Positions 28,542 to 37,049 of a stretch of 64,000 bases of DNA are shown here, one piece after another (position 1 is the first letter of the stretch; each line of letters starts with the position of its first letter). The DNA comes from Alphaproteobacteria bacterium. GTDB taxonomy: Bacteria; Pseudomonadota; Alphaproteobacteria; Rickettsiales; UBA3002. A program made the position numbers and the translations under genes. The notes beneath the pieces are model-generated. The model made no database searches, had not been told where the DNA came from, and saw only the letters and a program-made list of their open reading frames with translations. The stretch is from NCBI GenBank assembly GCA_022841525.1, contig JALHRI010000001.1, positions 65,195-129,194 on the forward strand. The letters run 5' to 3'.

Positions 28542-29840
28542 ATGATGGAAATGATTTTAGGTGCATTGGCGGCCGCGTGCGCTCTGCTGCTGTGGCTTTA
28601 CATCAAAACCAGCAAACTGGCATCTGTACTGCGCGAGGAAAATACATCGCTGGAGAATTTACAGCACAGTGCGTCGCTGGAAGCGGCGCTGGCCAAACAG
28701 GAAGCCGCTCAGGCGCGGCAGCAACTGGCTGAGCAATCCGAGCAGATGCGCGCCGACCGCGAGGCGTTCATGCAGCATGCCAAAGCGGCCGCGTTTGAAA
28801 CCGGTCAGCAGCTCTCGAACAAACTGCTGGAAGACCACAAACGCGAGCGCGAGAATGTGCAGAAACAAATGCAGGAATTTACCAAACTCGCCTCCGATCA
28901 GTTTACGCAAAAACAGCAGGAGCTAACGAGCACACTCGCCAAAGTACAAAGCCAGGTGAATGATTCGCGCGAGCAGCTTTCCGTGCTGGTGCGCGCGATG
29001 CAAAACCCAATTGGTGCGGGTGCGGAGGGCGAAATCATCATGGGCAACATCCTGCAGCAGCATGGATTCACCCCGGGGCAGGATTTTGATTTGCAGGTGC
29101 ATCTAGCCGCAGAAGAGGGGGCGTTGCGCCCGGACTGCGTGATTTATCTGCCGCATCAGCACGCGATCATTGTTGATTCCAAAGCCTCGCAGCATATTTT
29201 AGCGCTGTTTCGCGCCGAAGGCACTCCTCAATTTGACGAGGCATTCCGCGAGATTCAGGTCAGCATGCGTAACCACGCCAAAGCGCTTTCGGGTAAAAGC
29301 TACCGCGAGGCACTGAGCAAACTCAAAGACCGTCACGGCCAGCCCATTACCCGCACTACGCTGGTGATGTTCGTGCCCAATGATGAAGTGGTCACACGGC
29401 TGATGCATCATGATCCCAACCTGATGACGTACCTGCGCGATCAGGACATTGTGCTGGCAGGCCCCACCACGCTGTCTGGTGTGTTCCTCACCTGTCGCGC
29501 GCTGATTCAGGAAGCCCGCCAACTCGATGCGCAGGCGGAAATCGTGAACCTCACGAGCGAGCTGATGGCAGATGTCACCACCGCACTTGGTTACGCGGAG
29601 GATGTGATGAAAGGCATTCGCACCAGTGCCAGCGCGTACGATAAATTCGCCGCCTCGATGAATCGTGGGGTGATGGCACGCCTCAAGCGCTTGGCGCTTA
29701 AAGGTGTGCGGCCTGCAAAAAACAAAGCGCTGCCGCCACCGCTTTCGCGCTACGATATCACTCGCGCCGATGAGGTATTACAAGGCGAAGCCGAAGAAGT
29801 GATGCCGGTGCTGCAAATCGCTAAAGAGGATGCGGCGTGA
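28542..29840 (+). CDS. rmuC: DNA recombination protein RmuC
   Basis: N-terminal TM helix, long coiled coil, C-terminal RmuC nuclease-like region. aggagg RBS before ATG 28542. Confidence 0.85.
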   Translation: MMEMILGALAAACALLLWLYIKTSKLASVLREENTSLENLQHSASLEAALAKQEAAQARQQLAEQSEQMRADREAFMQHAKAAAFETGQQLSNKLLEDHKRERENVQKQMQEFTKLASDQFTQKQQELTSTLAKVQSQVNDSREQLSVLVRAMQNPIGAGAEGEIIMGNILQQHGFTPGQDFDLQVHLAAEEGALRPDCVIYLPHQHAIIVDSKASQHILALFRAEGTPQFDEAFREIQVSMRNHAKALSGKSYREALSKLKDRHGQPITRTTLVMFVPNDEVVTRLMHHDPNLMTYLRDQDIVLAGPTTLSGVFLTCRALIQEARQLDAQAEIVNLTSELMADVTTALGYAEDVMKGIRTSASAYDKFAASMNRGVMARLKRLALKGVRPAKNKALPPPLSRYDITRADEVLQGEAEEVMPVLQIAKEDAA

Positions 29841-29853
29841 GTAGGTTTGTTTT

Positions 29854-29921
29854 GTCACTCTGAGCGCACGCGAAGAGTCTATGACGTGTAATTTGAGATT
29901 CTTCGCTTCGCTCAGAATGAC
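29854..29921. repeat. Palindromic intergenic element, sub-family A
   Basis: gtcactctgagcgcacgcgaagagtct .. agattcttcgcttcgctcagaatgac. Confidence 0.85.
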
Positions 29922-30031
29922 ACACTGAGCCATGTCGATCACTTACCCGTTGCACGCATGCTGTTTTTTTGATATATATAAGCCGTAGCAAGAAAAACAA
30001 ACGGTCGGCAAGCTTTTGGAAAGGATGTTCC

Positions 30032-30721
30032 ATGACGCTTCGCCGGCCGTTGTTTTTTCGAACCATCTATGATGAAGCCGCGTTAGAAGATTGTTTTTCC
30101 GAACTGATCCACGCTGAGCTAAGTGAGCAAGATAAAATCGAGGTGGGATGCCTGATTCAGTATTTCCTGATCCTCAAACATTATGGTTTGCAGCGTCTGC
30201 CGGTCGATATTTCTAAGCACCGTCAGGGCGAAGGGCCGGATTTCACCATCTGCGATCACCTCGGATTATTTGGCGTGGAAATGACTAAAGTGACAACGCA
30301 GGATTATCAGGTCTGGCTCAAGCGCAAAAAGAATTACCGCGCGATTAAAAGCATGGATGATTACATGGATTTTCGCCCCGAACAGCGCGTGGCCGAGCTG
30401 GCGCTGATGCGGGTGATGCGCAAGAATTACAAAATCCATAATTACTTTGCCTGCGTGCACGAGATGGATGCCTGCGATCTGGTGCTCGAAGAAGACGGGG
30501 ATTGTTCGATGAATATCGACGTGCTGGTCGAGCTGCTGCAGGAAAAACTCGCTGGCGTGAAAGGCCAGAAGTTCCGCCGTATTTCGATGATCTCAGGATC
30601 GGTACTGTATTATGCGATCAATACGTGCGACGCTGAAATTATGTACGCGCCCGATGCCATCCCCGCTTGGATGAAGCCGCAGCGCACCAGCATTGCCGGC
30701 GCACTTCAGCTGAGCCATTAG
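30032..30721 (+). CDS. Hypothetical protein (orphan)
   Basis: 229-aa ORF from ATG 30032. Candidate promoter TTGCAC-17-TATATA at 29950-29978. No family recognised. Confidence 0.5.
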   Translation: MTLRRPLFFRTIYDEAALEDCFSELIHAELSEQDKIEVGCLIQYFLILKHYGLQRLPVDISKHRQGEGPDFTICDHLGLFGVEMTKVTTQDYQVWLKRKKNYRAIKSMDDYMDFRPEQRVAELALMRVMRKNYKIHNYFACVHEMDACDLVLEEDGDCSMNIDVLVELLQEKLAGVKGQKFRRISMISGSVLYYAINTCDAEIMYAPDAIPAWMKPQRTSIAGALQLSH

Positions 30722-30740
30722 CTGTTTTCAGATAATTTTT

Positions 30741-30781
30741 GAGCACAGACCACGGTGTTTGCTACACAAAACCGGGGTGAC
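30741..30781. repeat. Diverged sub-family E element (gagcacagaccacggtgtttgctacacaaaaccggggtgac)
   Basis: Matches 16177-16212 and ends in GTGAC. Confidence 0.7.
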
Positions 30782-30786
30782 GTTTT

Positions 30787-31542
30787 CTAGAATGGTGAAA
30801 TCGCCTCGATCACTTGCTGACCCCAGCGCGGCGCCTGAATATCGGTGATGTGGCCGCGCCCGCTATAGGTCACGCGCGCCTGCGCGATTTGCGTGGAATC
30901 AATGGTGTTGTCGGAATTGATATCTTCCGGACGAATCACGCCGCTAACTCCTACTTCGCGAATGTCGTGGTTGATGAGGATTTCCTGCGTGCCTTCAATC
31001 ACCATATTACCGTTCGGAAGAATCTGCGTAATCAGCGCTGCAATTTGTGTACGCACACGCTCGCGGCGGTTGACAAGACCGATGGTTTGATTCTCGGTCG
31101 TGCTCTCAATTTCTGCCAGATTCGCAGGGTCAACATTTTTGGCAAACGGAATCAGATTATCAATTCTGCCTTGCAGTCCAAACGCACTGGGTACGCCAAT
31201 TTCCTCTACCGAGTTACGATTGCGGTTGGTTAAATTATCCACTCGTGCTTCATCGTTAATTTCGATGTTCACTCGCAAAATGTCGCCTACACGGCCGGCG
31301 CGCTGGTCACGAAAGAAGGTGCGCGAGCCTGGTTGCCACAGCGAATTTGCCGTTCGGTCGCTGGAAGCTTCCGGTTCGGGCATCGGCCAGGTCATTGGCT
31401 GGTAGCCTTGCCTTACTTGCGGATTTTCCACGGTGGAAAGCGCGGGGCGCTTGCCTACATTGTTCAGTTTATCGACCGTGGTGCCGCAGGCGGCGAGTGT
31501 AATCAGGCAGCTGGTAAGACTTAAGATAGCAAGATGACGCAT
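30787..31542 (-). CDS. flgH: Flagellar L-ring lipoprotein FlgH
   Basis: Lipobox LAAC; FlgH-like body (ITDIQAPRWGQQ C-terminus). Confidence 0.9.
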   Translation of the reverse strand: MRHLAILSLTSCLITLAACGTTVDKLNNVGKRPALSTVENPQVRQGYQPMTWPMPEPEASSDRTANSLWQPGSRTFFRDQRAGRVGDILRVNIEINDEARVDNLTNRNRNSVEEIGVPSAFGLQGRIDNLIPFAKNVDPANLAEIESTTENQTIGLVNRRERVRTQIAALITQILPNGNMVIEGTQEILINHDIREVGVSGVIRPEDINSDNTIDSTQIAQARVTYSGRGHITDIQAPRWGQQVIEAISPF

Positions 31543-31551
31543 AATGCACTC

Positions 31552-32349
31552 CTACATTGGCTGCGAGAGATTGACTTCGACTTTATTCGCCCCCACCACA
31601 CGGGCAGTGACGGCGCGCTCGGTATCGGTGTTTTGTACGCGGATGAGATCGCCTACGGCGCCATTCTCCAGCGCCATCCCGATGGAGCGGATGCTCATAT
31701 GCTCGGTGGTATAAAGCATCTCGACCTGGGATTTTTTACTGATGATTTGCGGCTTGGAAATTTCGGATAGGCGGATCGGGCGGCCAGCAGAAATATTTCC
31801 GCGCGGCGATAGTCCAATCAGCGCCGATGGATCGCGCACCGTATCTTTGCGTAGGCTGCGCTCGGGCACCACCACACTGTCCAGATCGCTGGCTTCGATC
31901 ACGTCGCGGTTACCCATCGCATGTACCAGTACCGGAATTTTTTGCATCATCTGGTAGCGACCGGAAACCGGAATCACACTCTGGGTTTTGCCTTCGCTGA
32001 GTACGTAGGCTTCCGCCTGCCACACACCGCGCTCAGGCGCTACGGAAAGCGCATGTAGTTTCAGCGTCACCGGTACGCGTGATTGATACAGGCGTGCATC
32101 CAACGGCGATAATACGGTGGCATCTACCATGTCGGCAACGCCGCTGGCCTCCAGTGCGCCTGCAACATCACTTGCCACGTCTTTTTTCTCGATGCTAAAG
32201 CGTCCTCCTGCGGCGTCGGCGTAGGTTTCCACGCCTGCTTGCGGCTGCGCGGAGGCGACGATGGATGAGGCGGAACGCCACCCCTCAGCCAGTGCCTGCG
32301 CGGCGAGTAAGCTAAACACCAAACCCAGAAAAAAGCTGACGGTGCGCAT
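31552..32349 (-). CDS. flgA: Flagellar basal-body P-ring formation chaperone FlgA
   Basis: Signal peptide and C-terminal SAF/FlgA region (GDLIRVQN..VTARVVG). Position between flgG and flgH. Confidence 0.8.
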   Translation of the reverse strand: MRTVSFFLGLVFSLLAAQALAEGWRSASSIVASAQPQAGVETYADAAGGRFSIEKKDVASDVAGALEASGVADMVDATVLSPLDARLYQSRVPVTLKLHALSVAPERGVWQAEAYVLSEGKTQSVIPVSGRYQMMQKIPVLVHAMGNRDVIEASDLDSVVVPERSLRKDTVRDPSALIGLSPRGNISAGRPIRLSEISKPQIISKKSQVEMLYTTEHMSIRSIGMALENGAVGDLIRVQNTDTERAVTARVVGANKVEVNLSQPM

Positions 32350-32351
32350 AA

Positions 32352-33137
32352 CTACACCGACTGGTTGAGGGATTGCAGCATTTCATCGGCTGCGGTGAGT
32401 ACTTTGGTGTTCATCTCGTAGGCGCGCTGCGCCACGATCAGCTGGGTAATTTCTTCCACCGGATTGACGTTGGAGTTCTCAAGGTAACCTTGCAGCATGG
32501 TGCCTACACCTTGCTCACCGGGAACCCCCAGAATGGGTGGGCCGGAAGCCGTGCTCTCGATAAAGAGGTTATTACCGATGGCTTGTAGCCCGTTGGGATT
32601 GATGAAGGTTGCAAGTTCGAGGCGGCCTACTTCTTGGGCTTGCGGCTGGCCTTGAATCATGACTTCCACCGCGCCAATTGGGCTGATGCTGACGCTTAAC
32701 GCATCTTGTGGCACGGTGATGGCGGGCTCTACCTGATAACCTTCGCGGGTGACTAGAATACCTTCGGGTGAGAGCTTAAACGTACCGTCGCGGGTGTAGG
32801 AAAGGGAACCATCCGGCAGAAGCACCTGAAAATAACCGCGCCCCTGAACCGCAATGTCGAGTGGGTTTTCGGTGGCCTGCACGGTTCCCTGTTCGGTATT
32901 GCGCGAAATGGCGGCTGTATTCACCCCCAAACCAATCTGCACACCCACCGGCAAAATATTATTCTGGTTCGTGGTGAGCGTACCGGTGCGGCGCAAATCC
33001 TGATAAATCAGATCGTCAAACTCTGCGCGTTGCTGTTTATAGCCCGTTGTGGTCATGTTAGCGAGGTTGTGCGAAATCACATCGACGTTGGTTTGCTGCG
33101 CACTTAAGCCCGTGGCTGCAATGTTTAATGTCCGCAT
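32352..33137 (-). CDS. flgG: Flagellar basal-body rod protein FlgG
   Basis: 261 aa; N-terminal MRTLNIAATGLSAQQ..ISHNLAN and C-terminal GYLENSNVN motifs. Confidence 0.93.
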   Translation of the reverse strand: MRTLNIAATGLSAQQTNVDVISHNLANMTTTGYKQQRAEFDDLIYQDLRRTGTLTTNQNNILPVGVQIGLGVNTAAISRNTEQGTVQATENPLDIAVQGRGYFQVLLPDGSLSYTRDGTFKLSPEGILVTREGYQVEPAITVPQDALSVSISPIGAVEVMIQGQPQAQEVGRLELATFINPNGLQAIGNNLFIESTASGPPILGVPGEQGVGTMLQGYLENSNVNPVEEITQLIVAQRAYEMNTKVLTAADEMLQSLNQSV

Positions 33138-33157
33138 GTCAAACTCCCTTTAATTTT

Positions 33158-33883
33158 TTATGCCGTAGGTTTGGTATAAGTCTCCGAAGTCTTGCGCTGT
33201 AGGTCGTACATGACTTCGATAAACTTCGCGGTGGATCCGGTTGAGCGTTGTAGATGCAATAAGCGTACCATTTCCTGCACGCCGCTGACGTTGGACTGTT
33301 CTAAAAAGCCCTGCATGATCTTCGAGGTGGTTGGCCCAAGCGGTGCCTCGTCGGTTTTGAACATCGTGTCGCCCACGCGCTCAAGTGTTTGCTCGTTGGC
33401 AAATTCTACAATCCCCACTTGGCCGAGCGTATTGTTGCCATCGGCAATCTGACCGGCACCGTTAATGATAAGGTTGCGTGCATCACGCGGAATCTGGATG
33501 CTACCGCCACCATCGCCCAGTACGCGGTAGCCATCAATTGTCACCAGCTCGCCGTCGTTATTGAGCTGGAAATTCCCTGCTTTGGTGTAGCGCGTGCCCA
33601 GCGGTGTTTCGATGCTGAAATAGCCCGGGCCACTAATCGCCAGATCAAACGTGTTGCCGGTTTTTTCTACCCTGCCGCCGCGCGTGTCGCGGTAGCTCAT
33701 CGGATCATCGGCGAAGGCAAGTTTAGGCTCAACCTTGCCACCATCGACCAGGTAATCATCGAAAATCAGTCGCTCACCCTGATAGCCAATCGTATTCACA
33801 TTGGCGATGTTATTGGCGGTAACTTCCAAATCACGAAAGAGTGCCATTTGGCGCGACAAGGTGACGTAAACGCTATTATCCAT
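33158..33883 (-). CDS. flgF: Flagellar basal-body rod protein FlgF
   Basis: 241 aa; rod-protein N-terminus (VTANNIANVNT) and C-terminus (GFLEQSNV). Upstream of flgG. Confidence 0.88.
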   Translation of the reverse strand: MDNSVYVTLSRQMALFRDLEVTANNIANVNTIGYQGERLIFDDYLVDGGKVEPKLAFADDPMSYRDTRGGRVEKTGNTFDLAISGPGYFSIETPLGTRYTKAGNFQLNNDGELVTIDGYRVLGDGGGSIQIPRDARNLIINGAGQIADGNNTLGQVGIVEFANEQTLERVGDTMFKTDEAPLGPTTSKIMQGFLEQSNVSGVQEMVRLLHLQRSTGSTAKFIEVMYDLQRKTSETYTKPTA

Positions 33884-33910
33884 AGTGACTCCAGTTGTGC
33901 CAAAACTAAA

Positions 33911-33926
33911 GCAACAAGCGTGCCAA
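33911..33926 (-). promoter_or_regulatory. Sigma-54 (-24/-12) promoter of the flgF-flgG-flgA-flgH operon
   Basis: Minus strand reads TTGGCACGCTTGTTGC, a full match to TGGCACG-N4-TTGC. The -12 element is about 28 bp upstream of the flgF ATG, with ggag RBS in between. Confidence 0.75.
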
Positions 33927-33968
33927 CGGATAAAAACATATATAGTACAGTTCCTTGCGCGGTAGCGC

Positions 33969-33984
33969 TGGAAGTAATGATGCC
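33969..33984 (+). promoter_or_regulatory. Weak candidate sigma-54 promoter for fliL
   Basis: TGGAAGTAATGATGCC has correct GG-N10-GC spacing but poor flanking bases. About 80 bp upstream of the fliL ATG. Confidence 0.3.
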
Positions 33985-34063
33985 ATGATTACTTTCGGTG
34001 GATGACAAGTAAATCAATATTGCTACAGTAGCTTCGCACAGAAAAAACAATACGGAGCAGATT

Positions 34064-34582
34064 ATGGCCGAAGATGACGTGAAAGAATCCGATGCCTCAG
34101 GCGAAGAGAGTGCTGAGGGCGAAGAGAAAAAAACCAAAGGCAAGAAGGGCATTATCATTATTGCGGCTATTGCCTTGATCGGTATTGTCGGTGGTATTCT
34201 TGCCAGCGGCATTTTGGGCGGCGGCGATGAAGAAGAAGCCAAACCCAAAGCCAAAAAAGAAGCCGCCAAGCCTGCGGATCCGGTATTTTACGAGCTGCCG
34301 GAATTTCTGGTGAATTTAAGCAGCAATACCGGACGGGTGAGTTTTCTGAAAATGTCGGTCACGCTTGAGTTGCGTGACAAAGAGTCGGTGGCACAACTGG
34401 AAGCCTACAAACCCAAAGTGATGGATACGTTTAATACCTATCTGCGCGAGCTTCGCCCCAGCGACCTTTCCGGGTCTGCGGGCATTTACCGCCTGCGTGA
34501 AGAGCTGATGGTGCGCTTAAATAAAACCCTGAATGATGACATGGTTCAGGATATTTTGTTTAGCGAAATTCTGGTACAATAG
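34064..34582 (+). CDS. fliL: Flagellar basal-body-associated protein FliL
   Basis: 172 aa; acidic/Lys-rich N-terminus, one TM helix, FliL domain (FYELPEFLVNL..). Upstream of fliM. Confidence 0.88.
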   Translation: MAEDDVKESDASGEESAEGEEKKTKGKKGIIIIAAIALIGIVGGILASGILGGGDEEEAKPKAKKEAAKPADPVFYELPEFLVNLSSNTGRVSFLKMSVTLELRDKESVAQLEAYKPKVMDTFNTYLRELRPSDLSGSAGIYRLREELMVRLNKTLNDDMVQDILFSEILVQ

Positions 34583-34609
34583 TCCTCATCAGCGTATTCG
34601 TAGCTGAGT

Positions 34610-34625
34610 TGGCATCGGTTTTGCT
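34610..34625 (+). promoter_or_regulatory. Sigma-54 (-24/-12) promoter in front of fliM
   Basis: TGGCATCGGTTTTGCT matches TGGCAC-N5-TTGCW. Located in the 88-bp fliL-fliM spacer, about 45 bp before the fliM ATG. Confidence 0.65.
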
Positions 34626-34670
34626 TAACTTGCACTTGGTAATACACGTGAAGATGGTTACATTAGTATC

Positions 34671-35759
34671 ATGGCAGAAGAAGAAACCTTAGACGCAGAC
34701 GCCTGGGCAAAAATGCTCGAGAGCGAAGGTGCGGGCGCTGAAGGCGGCGCCGAGGCCGCCAGTGCGGAAGCCGAAGAGCCCGCACGCGTACTCAATCAAG
34801 ACGAGATCGATTTGCTGCTGGGCTTTGATAGCGCCGGCGCAGGTTCAGGCCGCGATAATGGCATCTACGCGATTTTAGATAAATCGATGATGGCGTACGA
34901 AAAACTTCCCATGCTGGAAGTGGTGTTTGAGCGCCTGGTGCGCACGCTGTCGTCATCGCTGCGCAATTTTACCTCCGATAACGTGGATGTCTCCATCGAT
35001 TCGATGGTGTCGCTACGCTTTGATGATTACCTCAATTCCATCGCGCTGCCGGCCATGCTGGTGATTTACCGCGCCGTGGAGTGGGAGAATTTCGGCATTA
35101 TTACCATTGATAGCGCCCAGATTTATTCAACCGTGGATATTTTGCTCGGCGGGCGCCGCACCATCAAGCCGATGCGTGTGGAAGGCAGACCCTACACCAC
35201 GATTGAGCAAGATATCGTCAAAAAAATGGTGGATATTATTTTGAACGATATGAGCGCGGCGTTTGACCCGCTAAGTCCTGTGACGTTTAGTTTTGATCGT
35301 TTAGAATCCAACCCCCGCTTTGCGGCGATTGCGCGACCAAACTCAGCGGCGCTGCTGGTGCGCCTCAGGGTGGATATGGAAGAACGCGGCGGGATGATTG
35401 AAATTCTGCTGCCCCACGCCACGCTCGAGCCAATTCGCGACCTGCTGTTGCAAATGTTCATGGGCGAACGCTTCGGCCAGGACTCGGTGTGGGAGCGCTA
35501 TTTAGGTAAAGAAGTGGGGCAAACACTCGTCGATATCGACGCAGTGCTGGATGAGCGCAGCATCAGTCTGGGCGAGGTGGTGAATTTAAAAGTCGGCAGC
35601 ACGGTCATGTTTGATTGCGCGCCCAACGATGCGGTGGAGCTGCGCTCTGGCGGCGTGGTGCTGACAACGGCGCAGGTTGGACGGGTAGGGGATCGTTTAG
35701 CGGTTGCGCTCAATCAGCCGATCCGTCAGTATCGTCAGGAAAACAAGGATAAGAATTAG
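34671..35759 (+). CDS. fliM: Flagellar motor switch protein FliM
   Basis: 362 aa; N-terminal LNQDEIDLLLGF CheY-binding-type motif, FliM middle domain, C-terminal SpoA-like domain. Confidence 0.92.
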   Translation: MAEEETLDADAWAKMLESEGAGAEGGAEAASAEAEEPARVLNQDEIDLLLGFDSAGAGSGRDNGIYAILDKSMMAYEKLPMLEVVFERLVRTLSSSLRNFTSDNVDVSIDSMVSLRFDDYLNSIALPAMLVIYRAVEWENFGIITIDSAQIYSTVDILLGGRRTIKPMRVEGRPYTTIEQDIVKKMVDIILNDMSAAFDPLSPVTFSFDRLESNPRFAAIARPNSAALLVRLRVDMEERGGMIEILLPHATLEPIRDLLLQMFMGERFGQDSVWERYLGKEVGQTLVDIDAVLDERSISLGEVVNLKVGSTVMFDCAPNDAVELRSGGVVLTTAQVGRVGDRLAVALNQPIRQYRQENKDKN

Positions 35760-35763
35760 CACT

Positions 35764-36189
35764 ATGGCGCTGGCGTTTGATATTTTAGTGTTACTGTTTC
35801 TGGGCGCTACCATGTGGGTCTGCTGGAAGCTCAATCAGCGCATTGCGCTCTTGCAGGATGGCCGCTCGGAGCTTGCCGAAATCATCCGCGAGTTTGATGA
35901 AACCACGGGGCGTGCCACACAAACCATCGCCGAGCTACATAGCGCGACGCAGCGCATTTCCGATAATATCCAGCACCGGATTGATAAGGCCAATTTCCTT
36001 GCGGATGATCTGCAAATGCTGATCGAGCGCGCGCAGAAAAATATGGCCAAGCTTGAGCCGCATGCGGAAGGCAGAACCGCAACATCGCGCCTGGCGCCAA
36101 GTGCAGGTGAAGCTGCTGCGCGCACCCGCTCACGTGCCGAGGAAGATTTAGCCCAGCTCATTAAAGCCAAAGAGCAGGGGGGCAGATGA
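35764..36189 (+). CDS. Membrane-anchored coiled-coil protein of the fliLM operon (unknown function)
   Basis: 141 aa from ATG 35764 with one N-terminal TM helix. ATGA overlap with the next gene. Confidence 0.6.
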   Translation: MALAFDILVLLFLGATMWVCWKLNQRIALLQDGRSELAEIIREFDETTGRATQTIAELHSATQRISDNIQHRIDKANFLADDLQMLIERAQKNMAKLEPHAEGRTATSRLAPSAGEAAARTRSRAEEDLAQLIKAKEQGGR

Positions 36190-37049
36190 AGCCTGTACGA
36201 GAGTCTCTGCGCCCTGAAGCGCGTGACGCTGCGCCGAAAAAAAGCGCGGTGCGCTTTCGGTTATTACCGATCACCCTCTCGCTTCTCGGGTTGATGGTGA
36301 TTCAAAAAAGCGCGGAAGTCTATACAGGCGTTGCTGCCATTGCCAGCGCCAACGCGGCTGAAGAACAAGCGAAAGAAGAGGCCGAAGAAAAAGCTAAGGA
36401 AGCAAGCGGTGATGCTGAGGCATCAAAAGAAACAGAAAAAGATTCCAAAAAAGACAAGAAAGCCAAAAAGGAAGATGACGGCCACGGCGGTGGCTCATCG
36501 GATAAAAAGGAAGAAGAGGCCGTTACCGAAGGTCGTGGTCGCACGACCCTTAAAGAGATTAAGGCCGTTAAAGAACGCCAGGCGCAGGAGCGCTTTACCC
36601 CCACCGAGCTTGAGATTCTGCAAAGCCTGAAAGTTCGCCGCGAGGCACTGGATGCGCGCGAGAAAGAAATCGAGATGAAGCTGAAGGTGCTGGATGTGGC
36701 AGAAGATAGGCTCGCTGAGCGTATGAATGAAATGCGCACGCTGGAGCAGGAGTTAAAAATCACCCTCGCGCACTACGAAGATAAGCAGGATGGTGAAATT
36801 CGCGGGCTGGTGAAAATTTACGAAAACATGAAACCCGTCAGTGCGGCAGGCATTTTCAACGAAATGGATATGCCGATTTTGCTGGCTGTGATCGACAAAA
36901 TGTCGGAGCGCAAAGTGGCACCGGTACTCGCCTCGATGGATCCGAAAAAAGCACGTGAAGTCACGGAAGAGCTCGCCGAAATGCGCAAACTACAGCGCCT
37001 GAAATCCGAGCAAGCCTCGCAGATACTGAACCAGCAACCTGCGCCGTAA
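36186..37049 (+). CDS. motE: MotE-like flagellar protein (MgtE-N-type C-terminal domain)
   Basis: TM/signal segment, Lys/Glu-rich linker, C-terminal PVSAAGIFNEMDMPILLAVIDKMSERKVAPVLASMDPKKAREV region resembling MotE / MgtE_N. Confidence 0.6.
   Translation: MKPVRESLRPEARDAAPKKSAVRFRLLPITLSLLGLMVIQKSAEVYTGVAAIASANAAEEQAKEEAEEKAKEASGDAEASKETEKDSKKDKKAKKEDDGHGGGSSDKKEEEAVTEGRGRTTLKEIKAVKERQAQERFTPTELEILQSLKVRREALDAREKEIEMKLKVLDVAEDRLAERMNEMRTLEQELKITLAHYEDKQDGEIRGLVKIYENMKPVSAAGIFNEMDMPILLAVIDKMSERKVAPVLASMDPKKAREVTEELAEMRKLQRLKSEQASQILNQQPAP

Noticed and set aside
30236-30289. GPDF...VEMTK in the 229-aa orphan, reminiscent of a PD-(D/E)xK nuclease motif next to rmuC
   Set aside because: The second half reads E-x-x-K, not (D/E)-x-K, and there is no other supporting motif. 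The evidence is too weak to call a nuclease.
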